From: Azolla caroliniana
Taxonomy: Eukaryota; Plantae; Polypodiophyta
Length of the DNA: 64,000 bases
Reading direction: 5' to 3'
Assembly: GCA_043228905.1 (NCBI GenBank)
Contig: JBHGNT010000009.1
Span: 19,716,001-19,780,000 of the forward strand
Both the position numbers and the translations under genes were made by a program. Below the pieces are notes generated by a model. The model ran no database searches and had not been told where the DNA came from. It saw only the letters and a program-made list of their open reading frames with translations. The stretch's first letter is position 1. Each line of letters begins with the position of its first letter. This document shows positions 38,169 through 51,152 of the stretch, in pieces.

Positions 38169-38510
38169 ATATCCACTCAATTCCTATTAATGCCAAAGCT
38201 CAAGTTGTGTTGGAATTAGTCAACCCAATAACTCTTTGGATGCTTGCGAACAATGGTGTACATTGGTCTTCTCCAATCAAATTGTGCATCCAATAATATT
38301 ATTGCAAGAGATATGGAGTGAAGTTGTAGTCATTCTAAAGAGTCAATACGATGGCCTCATGGGTGGATCCGATGGAGTTGAAAGACAACAATTAGCCTTC
38401 ATCCAACAATGGTCGTCCTCTCCCTTTCTTGAGTCAATGGGCCTCCACCTAAGATGGAACTATTGCATCCCTATTGAGATTTGTATATAACATTCTCATC
38501 TATAAAATTT
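38169..38510 (+). mobile_element. L1-type LINE 3' fragment
   Basis: ORF 38236..38490 (VFSNQIVHP..IWSEVV.ILKSQYD...L.FI..W...PFL) aligns by eye with the C-terminus of the L1 ORF at 53900-54575. Confidence 0.65.
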
Positions 38511-41500
38511 TATAACTAATGGAAGGGGGGTTTTTTTGGAAAAAAAAAGAGGAGCTACAACATATCACTTGCATTCACATCGTATTTTAAAAACTTATCA
38601 ATTAACCAAGGTCTTAATGGTAAAGGATTTAAAAAGTCCTCTATTTTGTCAAATCCAAGTTTTTGACAAATGCTTACATATGTGTGGGCTATTCCCTATT
38701 GTCCCAAGTGTCATCAAGAGGAACTTGAAGGGAGATAATATTCTTTATGAATGATATAAATTATCATATAAGTAGTCTTTGATGTGTATTCATTTATGCA
38801 ACCGCACCAATGTTTTGATCGAGCCACTGATTACTAACATATTACAAAATTCGACAAAATACAAACCATGGACGTGGTTTATCCAAATGGATATTGCAAA
38901 AGGGATTGAAGATCTAGAAAATCGCCAAGCCTTATCCAAAGTGAAATAGAAAAATGTTTGCTTGATGGGATTGGTTGACAATCTTGCAAAGATGGCTAGA
39001 ACTATTGGAGTAATGGAATTGTTGTGGGGCAAATATTCCAAGAGATCTACAATGACTTACAAGGTATTGATTTATTAGTTATGTATTGCGCAAGCAAATG
39101 GCTAAGAAAATCTATTTGGTAGGGTTGAAGCTCTTTTAACTTTGTTTGCAAGGTAATACTTAATTCGTTGTGAACTTTGGTAGTCATCTTCGATTTGGAT
39201 AAGGGTTAGACTTTTTGATATTCCACAACACATGATACCACAAGCTAAGTGAAAGAACAAACAATTAATTATATTCTTTCACATGTCTATAGCTAAGAAT
39301 GTAAATGAAAACATTCCTATGCCAAAGAAGTTCAAGTTCCAATTCATAATATGTTTGTGCAACCTTATATGCACGTCCCATTTTTTTTGCTTTGGCTTCA
39401 TATAGAATTGTATATAATTTTGGCAAATCAAAGATGGAAATTTATGTCCGTGTGTTCATACAAGAAAGGAGATTTTTGATATATTGCATCACTATGTCCA
39501 ACATAGCTAGCAGAATATGTTTTTGAGAGTGTCAGAAAATATACAACATTACATATCTCCTTATTTTTGTAAGCAAGAAACCCCTTCGTGATTTGGTCAG
39601 AGTTTGAAAAGCTTGAGTCCACTTCTCAATATGTTTGCATAAACATGAAGTATACTTTTAGAGTTTCAAATTTTGAATTTTGTCTTTAACTCTGTTTGAG
39701 GATGAATTCAACCTAATTTATGGTATTGAGCATATTTTTTATGTCTTTGTGTTGATAGCATAACAGATATTGCATAAATGTCTCGGACATATCCCTAAAG
39801 TAAGTGCATATTTTATTATGATAATAGGTACATTTCATAGTATACGCATAGTACATGTGTTGGATAATTTACGTTTTCCTGAAAGTCCCAAAAGAAGACA
39901 ACAAAGCCTAACCCAGTATGCATGTGTGAACTACCTTATTGAGTCTTGGTAAAATTGTGGATCACATTATGCTAGATTTCAAAACCCTAAATAGCATCCT
40001 TGACTTTTCCGTTCTATGCTTGTGATTGATAATACATGCATTAGAAGCCAAAACACCAAGGGTTATACTTGCTAAAGAGGGTCGAGTTATGCCAAGGTGG
40101 AAAAGAGATCATAAATGCCAATGGCGTTTCTAGTGTTCCTCCAACTATTTTCTAGTTCTTTTTGGCACCCAAAACCAATGGGAGCAATAGGTAAAGGATT
40201 GTGCCAATTGAAGCGTGGACTTGATAGAGAAGGAATTTAGCTAGAAGTAGATGTCATAAAATAGCATTGCTTACAAAATATTACAATAGCTTGGTCTTAA
40301 CACACACCACACACATTTTTGCGGATATGGATCATTTTGTGTGTTTCTTTGGCCTCACATTTAAAGCATCTCAAGATTTGACACTTACATCATCACTTTG
40401 ACTCCTGGTATTCCTCAAAATCCTTGACTTTCTCTTTACATTATCCACGATACAAACCTATGTTATATCAAGGCAATTTAAAATGGCACAACTTCCAAGG
40501 TTGAACACAAGCCACTCAATGGAATACATCAATATATTTTGAGGGAACGAGGAGAGAGAGTTTTGGAGGGGAAAGTGGTAAGATGCTCAAAAAGAGGCAT
40601 GGGATTGTACAAAGGTTTGAACTTATGTATGTTTGTTGGGAACCTATGGTTTGGACAACTGAAAAGTGAAATTAGGGACAAATAGGCATAACAAGGCCCC
40701 TAGAAACTTTAGTGATAGTGCACAAAATATGAATAGTTGCAACTTGCACGGTCATTGACAAATTGGTATCTAAATGCCTAGTGACAGTGCATAAAACATT
40801 GTCACAAATTGCTATAACTTTGCACCACCTTGTAAGGACAACCTATAGATCATTGTCCTATTCGTTGACTAAGGAATGCAAGGTAGTGCCAATTGGAAGG
40901 GATTTGGATTTCGCCTTATAAAATAATATAGACTTTGCAGAAATTTCATAAAGATATGCATGCCCAAGCACTCTTCGAGGTTGAATCTTTGCATGGAAGT
41001 AATGTGTCTCTGTTCCATTCATGAATTAATTCCAATTCTAATATGGAAAAGGGGATTGCCTACATTGACAACAAGAAGGATTTTCCTAAATCCATTGTAC
41101 CAATCACTTTCAAATCTTGTTTGGCGGCATTCTCTCTTGAAGTATTTATAATCGCATATGGCTTTATATGAAGAACTTGATCACTTTAATATTTGCACAA
41201 AGAAGAACGCATTACAATCTCAGGTAGTCAAACATTTCTTCAATCAGAAAGAATGCTAAAAAAGCTAACACCTTTGGTATGCCTGCATCTACTATTGCAC
41301 TTTAGTTTCATTTCTCATGCGTCTATTATAAATATGTTACTACTATTTGTGACATTATAGATTACATGTTTGGTGTAGTCAATTAAACATGAAAAATAAG
41401 TGTCTGACAATATGCTATTGAGTATGACCTTTTTATCAGGAGGATGAGTATGGATGAATAAATAATACATCATGGCTATTATTAATGTGTCATGTGATTT

Positions 41501-42159
41501 GTAAGTGTGGAATGAACATCTCATAGAGAAATCCATTTGTCTTGATAATCAAGCGTACCACTTAGGTGTAAATGTAGCAATATCACAGATAGAAAATGTT
41601 CATGAGGCTCTTCTTAATTGTACAATAAAGCATCCATAAAACCTATAGAATGTGTTTTTGACGATATACAATAATAGGAGGAACATAACTTATGCCCGAC
41701 CTACGAATATAATTAACCCACCTACTGCATGAATGAAGAGAAATTGAGTTACCATCATCTTGCATAGAAGTAGGTTAATATCACGAACACAAGTTTACCT
41801 TCGAACACATGTAAGTGGATCTACTGGAAACTCGCAAGTGTTACACTAAACATAGTCAGCTTGCTTGTTTAAAGACCAAGGGTACAAGATTATCCGTAAC
41901 TAGAAAGTGTAGGTTCGTCCACCACAATGAAGGGATGTGTGAAATTTTAACTCATAAGCATCAATTCAGCTTTCCATGATCAACATGTGTGGACCCATCT
42001 AGCCTCGAGGAATAAAAGGAGAATCAACCAATGAGCAAGAGGATGAAATTGTTCTTGCTTTTTCATCTTTCTCTTTCGGTGAACCAACCAAAACAATTGA
42101 AGGGAAATCGACAGGACACGGGCGAGCTTAAAGAGTGGCATCCTTGCAAAGGGAGTGAG

Positions 42160-42498
42160 GGTGTGAACAGATGATATGAAATGTCTAGGGTTCATGTTCC
42201 CAACTGACGAATTTATGTTTTTTTAAGTGTATGCATGTCCATAACAGAGAGGGTTCAAGAAGAAAGGTCCTGGCACGCATTCTCAAGAATGGTAGCTAAA
42301 CTTGCCGAGCAGGAATGTAATGTACAGCGAAGGTGTAAACAGATGATATGAAATGTCTAGGGTTCATGTTCCCAACCGATGAATTTATGTTTTAAGTGTA
42401 TGCATGTCCATAACGGAGAGGGTTCAAGACAAAAGGTCCCGACACGCATTCTCAAGAATGGTAGCCAAACTTGCCAGGCAGGAATGTAATGTACAGCG
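42160..42498. repeat. Tandem duplication, ~170-bp unit x2
   Basis: CAGATGATATGAAATGTCTAGGGTTCATG...GCAGGAATGTAATGTACAGCG occurs twice with a period of ~170. Confidence 0.9.
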
Positions 42499-42699
42499 TT
42501 TCCTACCATATCCCAAACGTACGTTTCTTGATCTTTTATTAAGGCTCGGAGAAAGGGAAAGTAAGACCCCGACAAATGAAGAAAAACGTTTGTCGAAACA
42601 CACGTGAACTATAGATATACGAAGGCTAAGGCTCGGGTCGGGGCAAAACCTACAGTTTTTGGAAATTCCCAAAACTGCCCTCCTCTCTTCTACTCTTTG

Positions 42700-42845
42700 G
42701 CTTTTTGCTTCTTCTCTTGCTTTTTGCTTTTTGCTTTTTTGCTTTTTTGCTTTTTTGCGTTTTTGCGTTTTTGCGTTTTTGCTTTTTTGCTTTTTCTTGT
42801 GCTCTCTTTCTGATGAGCCTCTCTCTCTCTCTCTCTCTCTCTCTC
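42700..42845. repeat. (TTTTTGC)n-type simple repeat followed by (CT)n upstream of PP2C
   Basis: Direct reading of the sequence. Confidence 0.9.
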
Positions 42846-42911
42846 GCTCTCCTCTGCCCAATCTCTTTTACTGCCTGTCCCTCCCTCTCTTCCTGTTCTC
42901 CTCCTGCCCAC

Positions 42912-42961
42912 AAACCCTAATTCCCCATTCCAGAACTCCTCCTTCTGCCCACAAACCCTAA
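42912..42961 (+). promoter_or_regulatory. Two telo-box motifs (AAACCCTAA) in the PP2C promoter/5' UTR
   Basis: AAACCCTAA at 42912-42920 and 42953-42961, within a duplicated CTGCCCACAAACCCTAATTC and next to a (CT)n tract. Function is inferred from known plant telo-boxes. Confidence 0.45.
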
Positions 42962-43328
42962 TTCGCCATAGCACCTCTCTCTATTGCTTTTCTCCACCCC
43001 CTTTCCCTCAATTGCTTCATATACAGCCTCTTTCGATCACTCTATCATAGCAGATGGAAACTCCCACTGTACCCAAACTCGAAACAACTCTACATAGTGT
43101 GAAAAACAGACGGATCGACTAGTATGGAACCAGACGAATTCAGATCAAAGAAAGAATAGCTCCTGGTTATGGATATACAGCATACATTATGGAAGAAACA
43201 TATCGTCGTCTTGTTTTCTGAGGTTTGGGTCCCAGCATGTCTTTCTTCTGATAGGAAAAGAAGAGAAAAAGGCTTCCTGTCAATCCACATGTGAATTCTG
43301 GGGTCTGCAAACCATTTCTCCATAGTTC

Positions 43329-46300
43329 ATGGGATCATACATAACTAGCCATTATGGAATCACTGGCCGTACTGAGGATGGAATGATACCTCTTTCGTCG
43401 TTGCTGAAATTGGAGTATGAAAATGAGAAGGAAGATACTCCTCTTATACTATACGGCCAGGCATTCCAAGCGAAGAAAGGAGAAGACTTCACATTGGTCA
43501 AGACGAATTGTGAACGAGTTTTGGGATTAAGATCGTCTACCTTTGCAGTCTTTGGGGTATGTTGTTTCGTCATTGCGTAATTCTATGCAGGAAATATTGC
43601 TCACCTTGTGATTTTGATGCAAAGACATTTGGACTCGTGCAAGGATTGGTTATTGTTAATGATAGCATGCTAATTCTATGCAAGGATTGTTTACATTTGG
43701 ACAATGCAAGAATTGGATTTGTTAATGGTAATATGCCAGTTCTATGTAAGAAATGCTGCTGTTGATTGTTTTCCTGGTTAATTTCTATGCAAGGATTGCT
43801 ACATTTGGAGTGTGCAAGGATAATGTGTTTGTGAACCATAGCATGGTAATGTATCTGTTACCATAAAATTATCCCATGAGCAATTTTGTAAGATTCCTGG
43901 AAAAATATACACGGATCATATTCGGCCTTAAATCCTAGACCTCAGACATTAAAATATAGACCTTTGTAGGAAGCCCTATACCCTGAGCGTTTTCTTGGCT
44001 GTATTTATGCTACTAACTTAGCCTGGAGCATGAGCATTTGATGATTGCGTTTATTAAAGATAATATGTGAACCTGTCTCTTGTCTCATGAAAACCATTAC
44101 TATATTTGTATGCTATGCAGCCATCATAAAATGATTTCATGGGTAATGTTTGTAAGGTCACTGAAAAAGTAGATGTGCATTCATATCCCACATTAGAGTA
44201 GCTGTTTCTAGTCTCTTGGATTTAGCATCTAGCTATTAACTATAGTAGTGTCACACTGTAAAGTTTATCCTCAACCCTTGTTTGGTAAATTGGTAATCAT
44301 GTAGATGTGAATAATGACTTGTGATCATGTGATATGACAAATTTGTGGTGGTTTTGAACAGTATATAATTCTTGAGAAATTTCTTTTTTATGTGAATATG
44401 TTGATCCAGGATCCTTTCTACGTTTATGCTACTGTAGACTATTATAGTGACATGATAAAATATGATGTTGAATAGGTCTTGGATGGTCACAATGGGGCAT
44501 CTGCTGCTATTTATGCCAAAGAGAATCTGCTATCTGATGTTATGAGTGCTCTCTCTTCTACTCTTAGTAGGGATGAGTGGTTGGCATCACTACCACGAGC
44601 GTTAGTAGCTGGCTTTGTGAAGACGGATAAAGATTTCCAGGAAAAGGGTGTGTATTATTATGTTCATTTATAAAGCCTTAAATGTGAAGTAATTGTCTGG
44701 GTTCCCGCCTATTCAAATCACTACAAAATCAAGATGACATTTCAGGTCAAACATCAGGAACCACTGTCACATTTGTTGTTATTGATAGATGGACTGTCAC
44801 AGTGGCTTCAGTAGGAGATTCACGATGCATCCTTAATCCTCCGGGGGGGAGGATCTCCGTATTAACAGTAGATCACAGATTAGATGACAATGAAGAAGAG
44901 TAAGATTATTTCTTACCTTCGTATATTTTAAGATAGTTTTTTTCCTTATTTTATCTCTATGTTTTAATGTACTACATCTTTGGTACATTCACGTTAATTT
45001 GTCACATTGATTGGGAACTTTTAGGCGCGAGCGTGTGATAAAAGCTGGAGGTGAAGTTGGACGGCTAAGCATTGCAGGTGGTGCTGAGGTAGGTTTTTCC
45101 CCATGATTTTATGTGTTTATGCATCATCACCACCCTCTTCATGTAGATAGCCTTGTGTCTCTTGGGCTAATCTTCGGTAGTTGCTATCTTATTGTCATGA
45201 ATAAATCAAGACAAATTGCATTGATACCATCTATTTTGAATCTAAAAAATCTTGATCATAGATGGTAACCTCAAATCGTCCACATGCTGTATGCTATTCA
45301 ACATTACTTGAAAAGTTTATGGGAACAGATATATGAAGGATGCATGAATGTATGAAATCTCAGGCCTGGAATCAATCAATTTTAGAGGGCATAGATGTTC
45401 GAGGCTTTTCCTTCCTGTGTAAACTGCAGTCCTATACTGATGGGGATCTAGTCTTGAGTGCCGATTGAGTTTCTTTCAAATCTGTTGTGCTTACTATTAC
45501 TTTGAAAGTTCTCTCATAGGGAATGAGATAGTTTCTTTGATATGGATGTGCTAGGGTCTATCTAATGATGGACGCCCTTTTATAGGTTAGTATGGGTGTT
45601 CTGTCATGCTATTTTTGCTTATCTGGTGCCATATTTTATATGGGATTCTTAGGAGGTTATTGTTTCATGTGACATCCATTTATGAAATTTATTAATCTAA
45701 CAAAGTAATTCATCTCTCAAATGTCCTCTATTTCAAACGACAGTAAGATATATTTGTATTTAGCAGATGACTAAATATGCATATATAACAACATCAACAT
45801 TGTTTTCCTCTTTCTTTCTGGGGAATTATTATGTCAACATATATTGGATAAAAGGTTGTACATAAGTATATTATATATTATGGTTGTCATATGCTCATAA
45901 TTCTTATATATGTCCAATTGTGGAATGATTTTCTTCAGTATTGATTAACCTTGAGCCTCTGGAAAGATAATAGATGCACAGTGCCACTTGCTGTTTGATA
46001 CATGCCTCATAATATTGGAAACTTGGCTCCAAGTGTTATATCTATTCTGGGCCTTGTTCTTTTCCAATTATTTGTAATCCTGTATAGTGCTGTCGATTTT
46101 GCATCTTGCTCCTTGTAATTTATGCTGTTTAGGCTATATTGTTCTATTGTGACATCAGATTTGGGAGAGACAAGAAGGTCAAAAGTAAACCCTGGAGTTT
46201 ACTTATATACGTAAACACAAAGATTAGTACCTTGGGATAAGGTACACTATTTTGTGAAGAATACATAATGGATCTATTTGCATGTTCATGTGGGTAAGGG

Positions 46301-48879
46301 ATGTAGAATTTATCTGAATATGAAGCACCAAAACCTGACTGATGTATTGTAACTGTAAGCTTCTGTTTTTGCACTTTCTCTTCTGCGCCTAATAGGCAGC
46401 TGCCACTGGTTGCCACTGGTTGAAAACATTTCTGTTAGTGTGCAATTATACGTTGTAGATTTTTTTTCCATTGGTTCATTATGACTGCTAGTTATTGTGA
46501 AATTATAGCAGTAACTTTCCTTCCAACAGAACTATGAAAAATAAATTGCATTAAGTGTATGATATCCTTCTATCGGAATTTCAATAGAGTTAGACTTCGG
46601 TTCTCTTTGAGAGGGGCACCAGAGCTAAGATTAACGTGTGGCTTGGCAGCCTTAGGATCCCTACAAAATTAATGTTATCACATTCATTTCAGGAAAAAGG
46701 AACCAAGTTATAGCTTTTCAATACACCTGTTACCCAGCTTGGACATGATGGATCAGTGAGGAGCCCTGGAAAGACACTTGGCAATGACAATCGTATGCAT
46801 GATCAGGATCAAGCCATCAATACAACATGAAATTATCAGAGCAGAACAAGAAACAACACCTGTGGTCATTGAAGCCCTCTTCCAAGTGCTTAGCTTTCTG
46901 CAGAGATTGTAGCAATTTCCCAAACAAAAGTGCCAATGACTGGCACTTGACTCATCAAAGAAGTTAACAAACAAGAGGAGTATTGGTATGCACAATTGAT
47001 TACCTGGCTGAAACCTTAACAATCCCTTTTTGGATCTCAGCCATACAGAACTAAACCATGTAATAAAAATGGACTTTGTGAGTTGGATACAGAACAGAAT
47101 TGGATCAACCCACCTCTCCCCTTAGGCAGGAGGATGGAACCTTACAAGAATAACTGCCTACACATTATCAAATCGGTTTAATACCTGTCCCAGCTACATG
47201 GATGTCCACCCACGTCTGTCTCCCAGATCTCAACACAGAGCAGCCTCCTGTCACTCATAATAGCCTCAACTTTGATGACCTCATCTGCAACTTCACTATT
47301 TCAAAATATAAGAGCCAGTATTGCCTGTTGTAGGAATCATAGGGCACACTGTTGTAACCACTCTCATCTAGAATATCCAATGAGGGATGCAGTGAGGATA
47401 CATCTCAAATTTAGCTGTTAATTTATTTATAATGAAATACCATTATGTCAGTTTAATACATTTGTAAAGATGCATTGGTCACATAGGTCATGTTGATGTT
47501 TCAAGGACGATAATATTCCTTTCTTATTTCTTTATTTAGATAGTGTCCGACTAGAATCACTGGATACAAAATGTAATTCTAATCTCTCATGTGAGGAACA
47601 AGGAAGCATTTCTGACATTGCTTGCATTTCTGATATTTGAAGATTGGCCCACTGCGGTGCTGGCCAGGAGGCCTTTGTTTGTCGAGATCAATTGGTGATC
47701 TGGATGTGGGAGAGTTCATAGTACCTATACCTCATGTGAAGCAAATAAAGGTATACATTTTTGTTGTCTGAACAAGAGTAATATTTCCTGTTTTGAATTT
47801 CATTAAAAAAAAATGTCCATCCCATTTTCAGCTATCTAAAGCAGGAGGGAGATTGATCATTGCTTCAGATGGTGTTTGGGACGCTTTAAGTTGTGATAAA
47901 GCAGTTGATTGCTGCCGAGAAATGCCCGCTGAACTTGCCGCAAGGCAAGTTGTCAAGGTTGGCATACCTTCTGTTTTCCTATTTTTCTATTCTTCTAAAC
48001 TTAATGTAATCTTTGGTCACAAGAAAAATATATTTCTATGCAGGAAGCATTGAAGGTTCGAGGACTTCGAGATGATACAACATGTCTTGTTATAGATATA
48101 ATGCCACCTGAAATTTCTACTCAAGTCCCATATCCATTACCAGTGAAGAAGAAAAGTAAATTCAAGACCTGGTTATTTGGTTGGAGATCTAAAGGATCAG
48201 CAGTCGTAGCAAACAAGCCAGGAGCACCAGGAATTGTCCAAGAACTTTTTGAAGAGGGTTCGGCAATGCTAGCAGAAAGGTTATTATCTTTACTCATGCT
48301 TATAAGTTACTTTATTGGGAAAAAAAGTATGCTTTGAAAACTACCTGCATATGCTTGTTCAAACTAATCACATGCTTATTCTAACTGCTCACAAAATGGA
48401 ATGTGTGTAGTAATTTCTGAAATTACAAGCTTAATTTGCTAAATTTGTCCCTATTTAGTTATTAATCGTAATTAGAAACAGCATCACATAGACCAAGAAT
48501 ACTAATGGATGACACTAATAGATTATCTGTGATTATGATCAGTTATGATCAGTTATGATTATATCTTGTGCCCTGAGTCCCATGTTTGCCTCTCAATTTC
48601 CCGAGTATTGTGCTTCATCTTAATTTGCCCGTACGTTAATTTTTATTTATTTATTGTGGTGATATTTGCAGGCTTGGATCAGATCCCTCATCTGGAACAT
48701 TCAACTGTGCTATTTGTCGGATTCCGATAACATTGACAGATGGGATTTCTGTCCATGCTGGATCGTTCTTTTCTATGACAAATCGGGCATTGGAAGGGCC
48801 ATTTCTCTGTATAAGCTGCAAGATGAAGAAGGATGCAATGGAAGGAAATCTTCCTGTAAGAGGATTGAAAGTGTTATGA
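43329..48879 (+). CDS. PP2C: Protein phosphatase 2C (PPM family), 8 coding exons, C-terminal CxxC...CxxC region
   Basis: Exons 43329-43556, 44476-44647, 44746-44899, 45025-45088, 47643-47750, 47832-47957, 48044-48279 and 48672-48879, all with GT-AG introns and phase-consistent. Motifs KKGED, DGHNG, SGTT, ASVGDSRC, DHR, WPGGLCLSRSIGD, ASDGVWD, RDDTT. Confidence 0.93.
46620..47410 (-). mobile_element. Possible old LINE remnant in PP2C intron 4
   Basis: Less AT-rich island with weak endonuclease-like traces on the - strand (Y-A-P-N-like and GFND-like words); heavily decayed. Confidence 0.25.
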
Positions 48880-49611
48880 ACTGCTTCTTATATCATCTCT
48901 TAAATCATCTCGCTTGGTTTCAAGGTCTGGCTTTGTATAATAAACCTGTGAAGGATTGCCAACATTGGAGTTGCTTCGTTTTGCTTGAAGTGCAAAAACA
49001 ATGGTGTCCTTGATAATCCAATCTTGAGTCTGAATATGAAGTTTTTTCTGAAATCATTTTTTGACATTATTTTTCACATAAGCATTTCACAAGAGACCCT
49101 AACATTCACTGTGCTGAAGGTTTTTATGATTAGACAGCACGAGACATTCTTCAAGATAGTTTGGACAGTACATACACATATCCTAATGGAAAATTAGGAA
49201 GCAATGGGGAGTGCTATGTTTCCCCTTTCATTTGCTTTTGAGAGGTTATGATCTGAACCAATGAAGACACGATGGATTCGGAGGGGATGGATATCTTTCT
49301 ATGGTCTGTGATGCTGGTTAATTGTAAATTAACGCTTGAAGTTTAATTGTATCCTAAGGTTGCATTTGAAGTAAGTGGAGAAGATTACCCATAAGCTTAG
49401 GATTAATAATAGTAATAGTTAATGAAGAGGATGGGTACAGAGCAAGACAGAGAACTATATTCTATCAAGGACGTGGGAGATTTTCATTACCATGTGATAT
49501 TTACCAACCATAGGAGGGCTGTGTTTGGTTTATCGCATCATTTACTTCACTAAAGTAAATCTGGAGTAATGGCATGGAGGGCAGTGGAAGGAAACAGCCT
49601 AATATTTTCAT

Positions 49612-49999
49612 AGGAAGAAATCTTGGATATGTAGTTTTATGCCCTCAATACAGATGGAAAGTGGCAATGCCCAACTGGAAACAAGGTCATACAACCTCAA
49701 GATCCTCATCTTAAGATACAACCTTGAAACAGAAGAGCCTTCGTATTAAACTTCAGCATACAAAACCAGGTAGTAATCTTAGATATGTAATTCATAGAAG
49801 TAAAGTGCCACTACCAAACTGTTAAAGAAAAGGGTACACTTTATACTTTTAACATATGGTAATTAACCTGCGAATGCAAGTGGAAAGAAAAACTTGGATA
49901 TGTACTTTATACCTCATACAGATGGAAAGTGGCAAGGTCAAACAGGAAAAAAGGTTGTATGACCTTAAGATCATTATCTTAAGATACAATATTGAAACA
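49612..49999. repeat. ~115-bp imperfect direct repeat, two copies ~270 bp apart
   Basis: CTTGGATATGTA..ATACAGATGGAAAGTGGCAA..ATCTTAAGATACAA..TTGAAACA at ~49620 and ~49890. Confidence 0.75.
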
Positions 50000-50630
50000 A
50001 ATGAACCTCTGTTTTATTCTTTATGACATACATGCCCCAGGAAGTAAATCTTTGAAACTCATAGGCATAAAGCACTAGTGCAAATTTTGGTTTGAGTAAA
50101 GGCACGTCTCATGCTTCAAACAAATGAAGTGAGAACCTGGACAAGCTGTCGAGCTTGCTTACCTTAAATATTAGCAGATACTTGCATCATTGATGCATCT
50201 AGCAGGAGGCAAGGTTTTATGTTTTCATCTCTACTACACAAGCTATACCCACCCATTGAGCATCCTGCCTATCACCTTTTTTTTGGAATGAACCCAGAAT
50301 GCTATTGCAGTGATGTACCAAGGCTGGTCAATTCTGAGAACTTTTGACTTTCCAAACCAAAGAGCTACTATCTCCATGGTGAGCAATCATGGACAGTCAA
50401 TCTTATAGCTGCACATGTTTCCACAAAGAGAATGGGGCTTTCAATATATTAAGCCAACATTAGTATGTTCATTCTAACTACAGATATACACTAATACCAC
50501 TAAGACTGTTGACAGCATTACATTTTGAAATACACCAATATGATTAGTCTGTTAATACCATGACTTGTTGCAAAATAGTGAAATTAACTTGTGAATGAAA
50601 TGCACTAACACCATTAGATTGTTGATGGCA

Positions 50631-50755
50631 TCATTTGTTAGGTCAACCGTGAAGTTAACTTAATTTTATTACATTTGTTAGGCCAATAGTGAAGTTAACT
50701 TAATTTCATTACATTTGTTAGGCCAATGGTGAAAGTTTACTTAATTTCGTTACAG
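50631..50755. repeat. Minisatellite, ~41-bp unit x3
   Basis: CATTTGTTAGG(T/C)CAA..GTGAAGTTAACTTAATTT..TTA repeated head to tail. Confidence 0.85.
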
Positions 50756-51152
50756 TACATATAAACTTGTCAAGTCAATACTAAAGTTTAACTTGAATAG
50801 TTTACAGCACAAACTTAAGTTGAACTGTTCAATTCCTAGATCAGAAATAATCACAACAGGCTAAAAAATCCTTCAAGGAAGACGATAGAAGACACAAGGG
50901 ACCAACATCAATGCTGAACATTTTCACATGATTCTTCAATGAAGAAAAATAAGATGATATGACTCAAAAAACTAGAAATCCAAATGGTCATGGAAAATTG
51001 CTTTGGCCTGTACAGGAAATATTAATCATGGTATTGGCATTAATCTACAAAATTCCATATTTGTTGCATTCAAGTTGCATTCAAATTTCATAAGGGCCAC
51101 TCATTTGCTTTTACTGCCCAAACTTAATAACCAAAACACATTCATTGAGAAC

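Noticed and set aside
38520-42150. Possible decayed DNA transposon (hAT-like words)
   Set aside because: No termini, TSD or convincing motif could be read; left unannotated.
42424-42974. Several K/R-rich or F/L-rich ORFs
   Set aside because: Produced by (TTTTTGC)n and (CT)n simple repeats.
50631-50755. 41-bp repeats as CRISPR
   Set aside because: Contiguous minisatellite without spacers.
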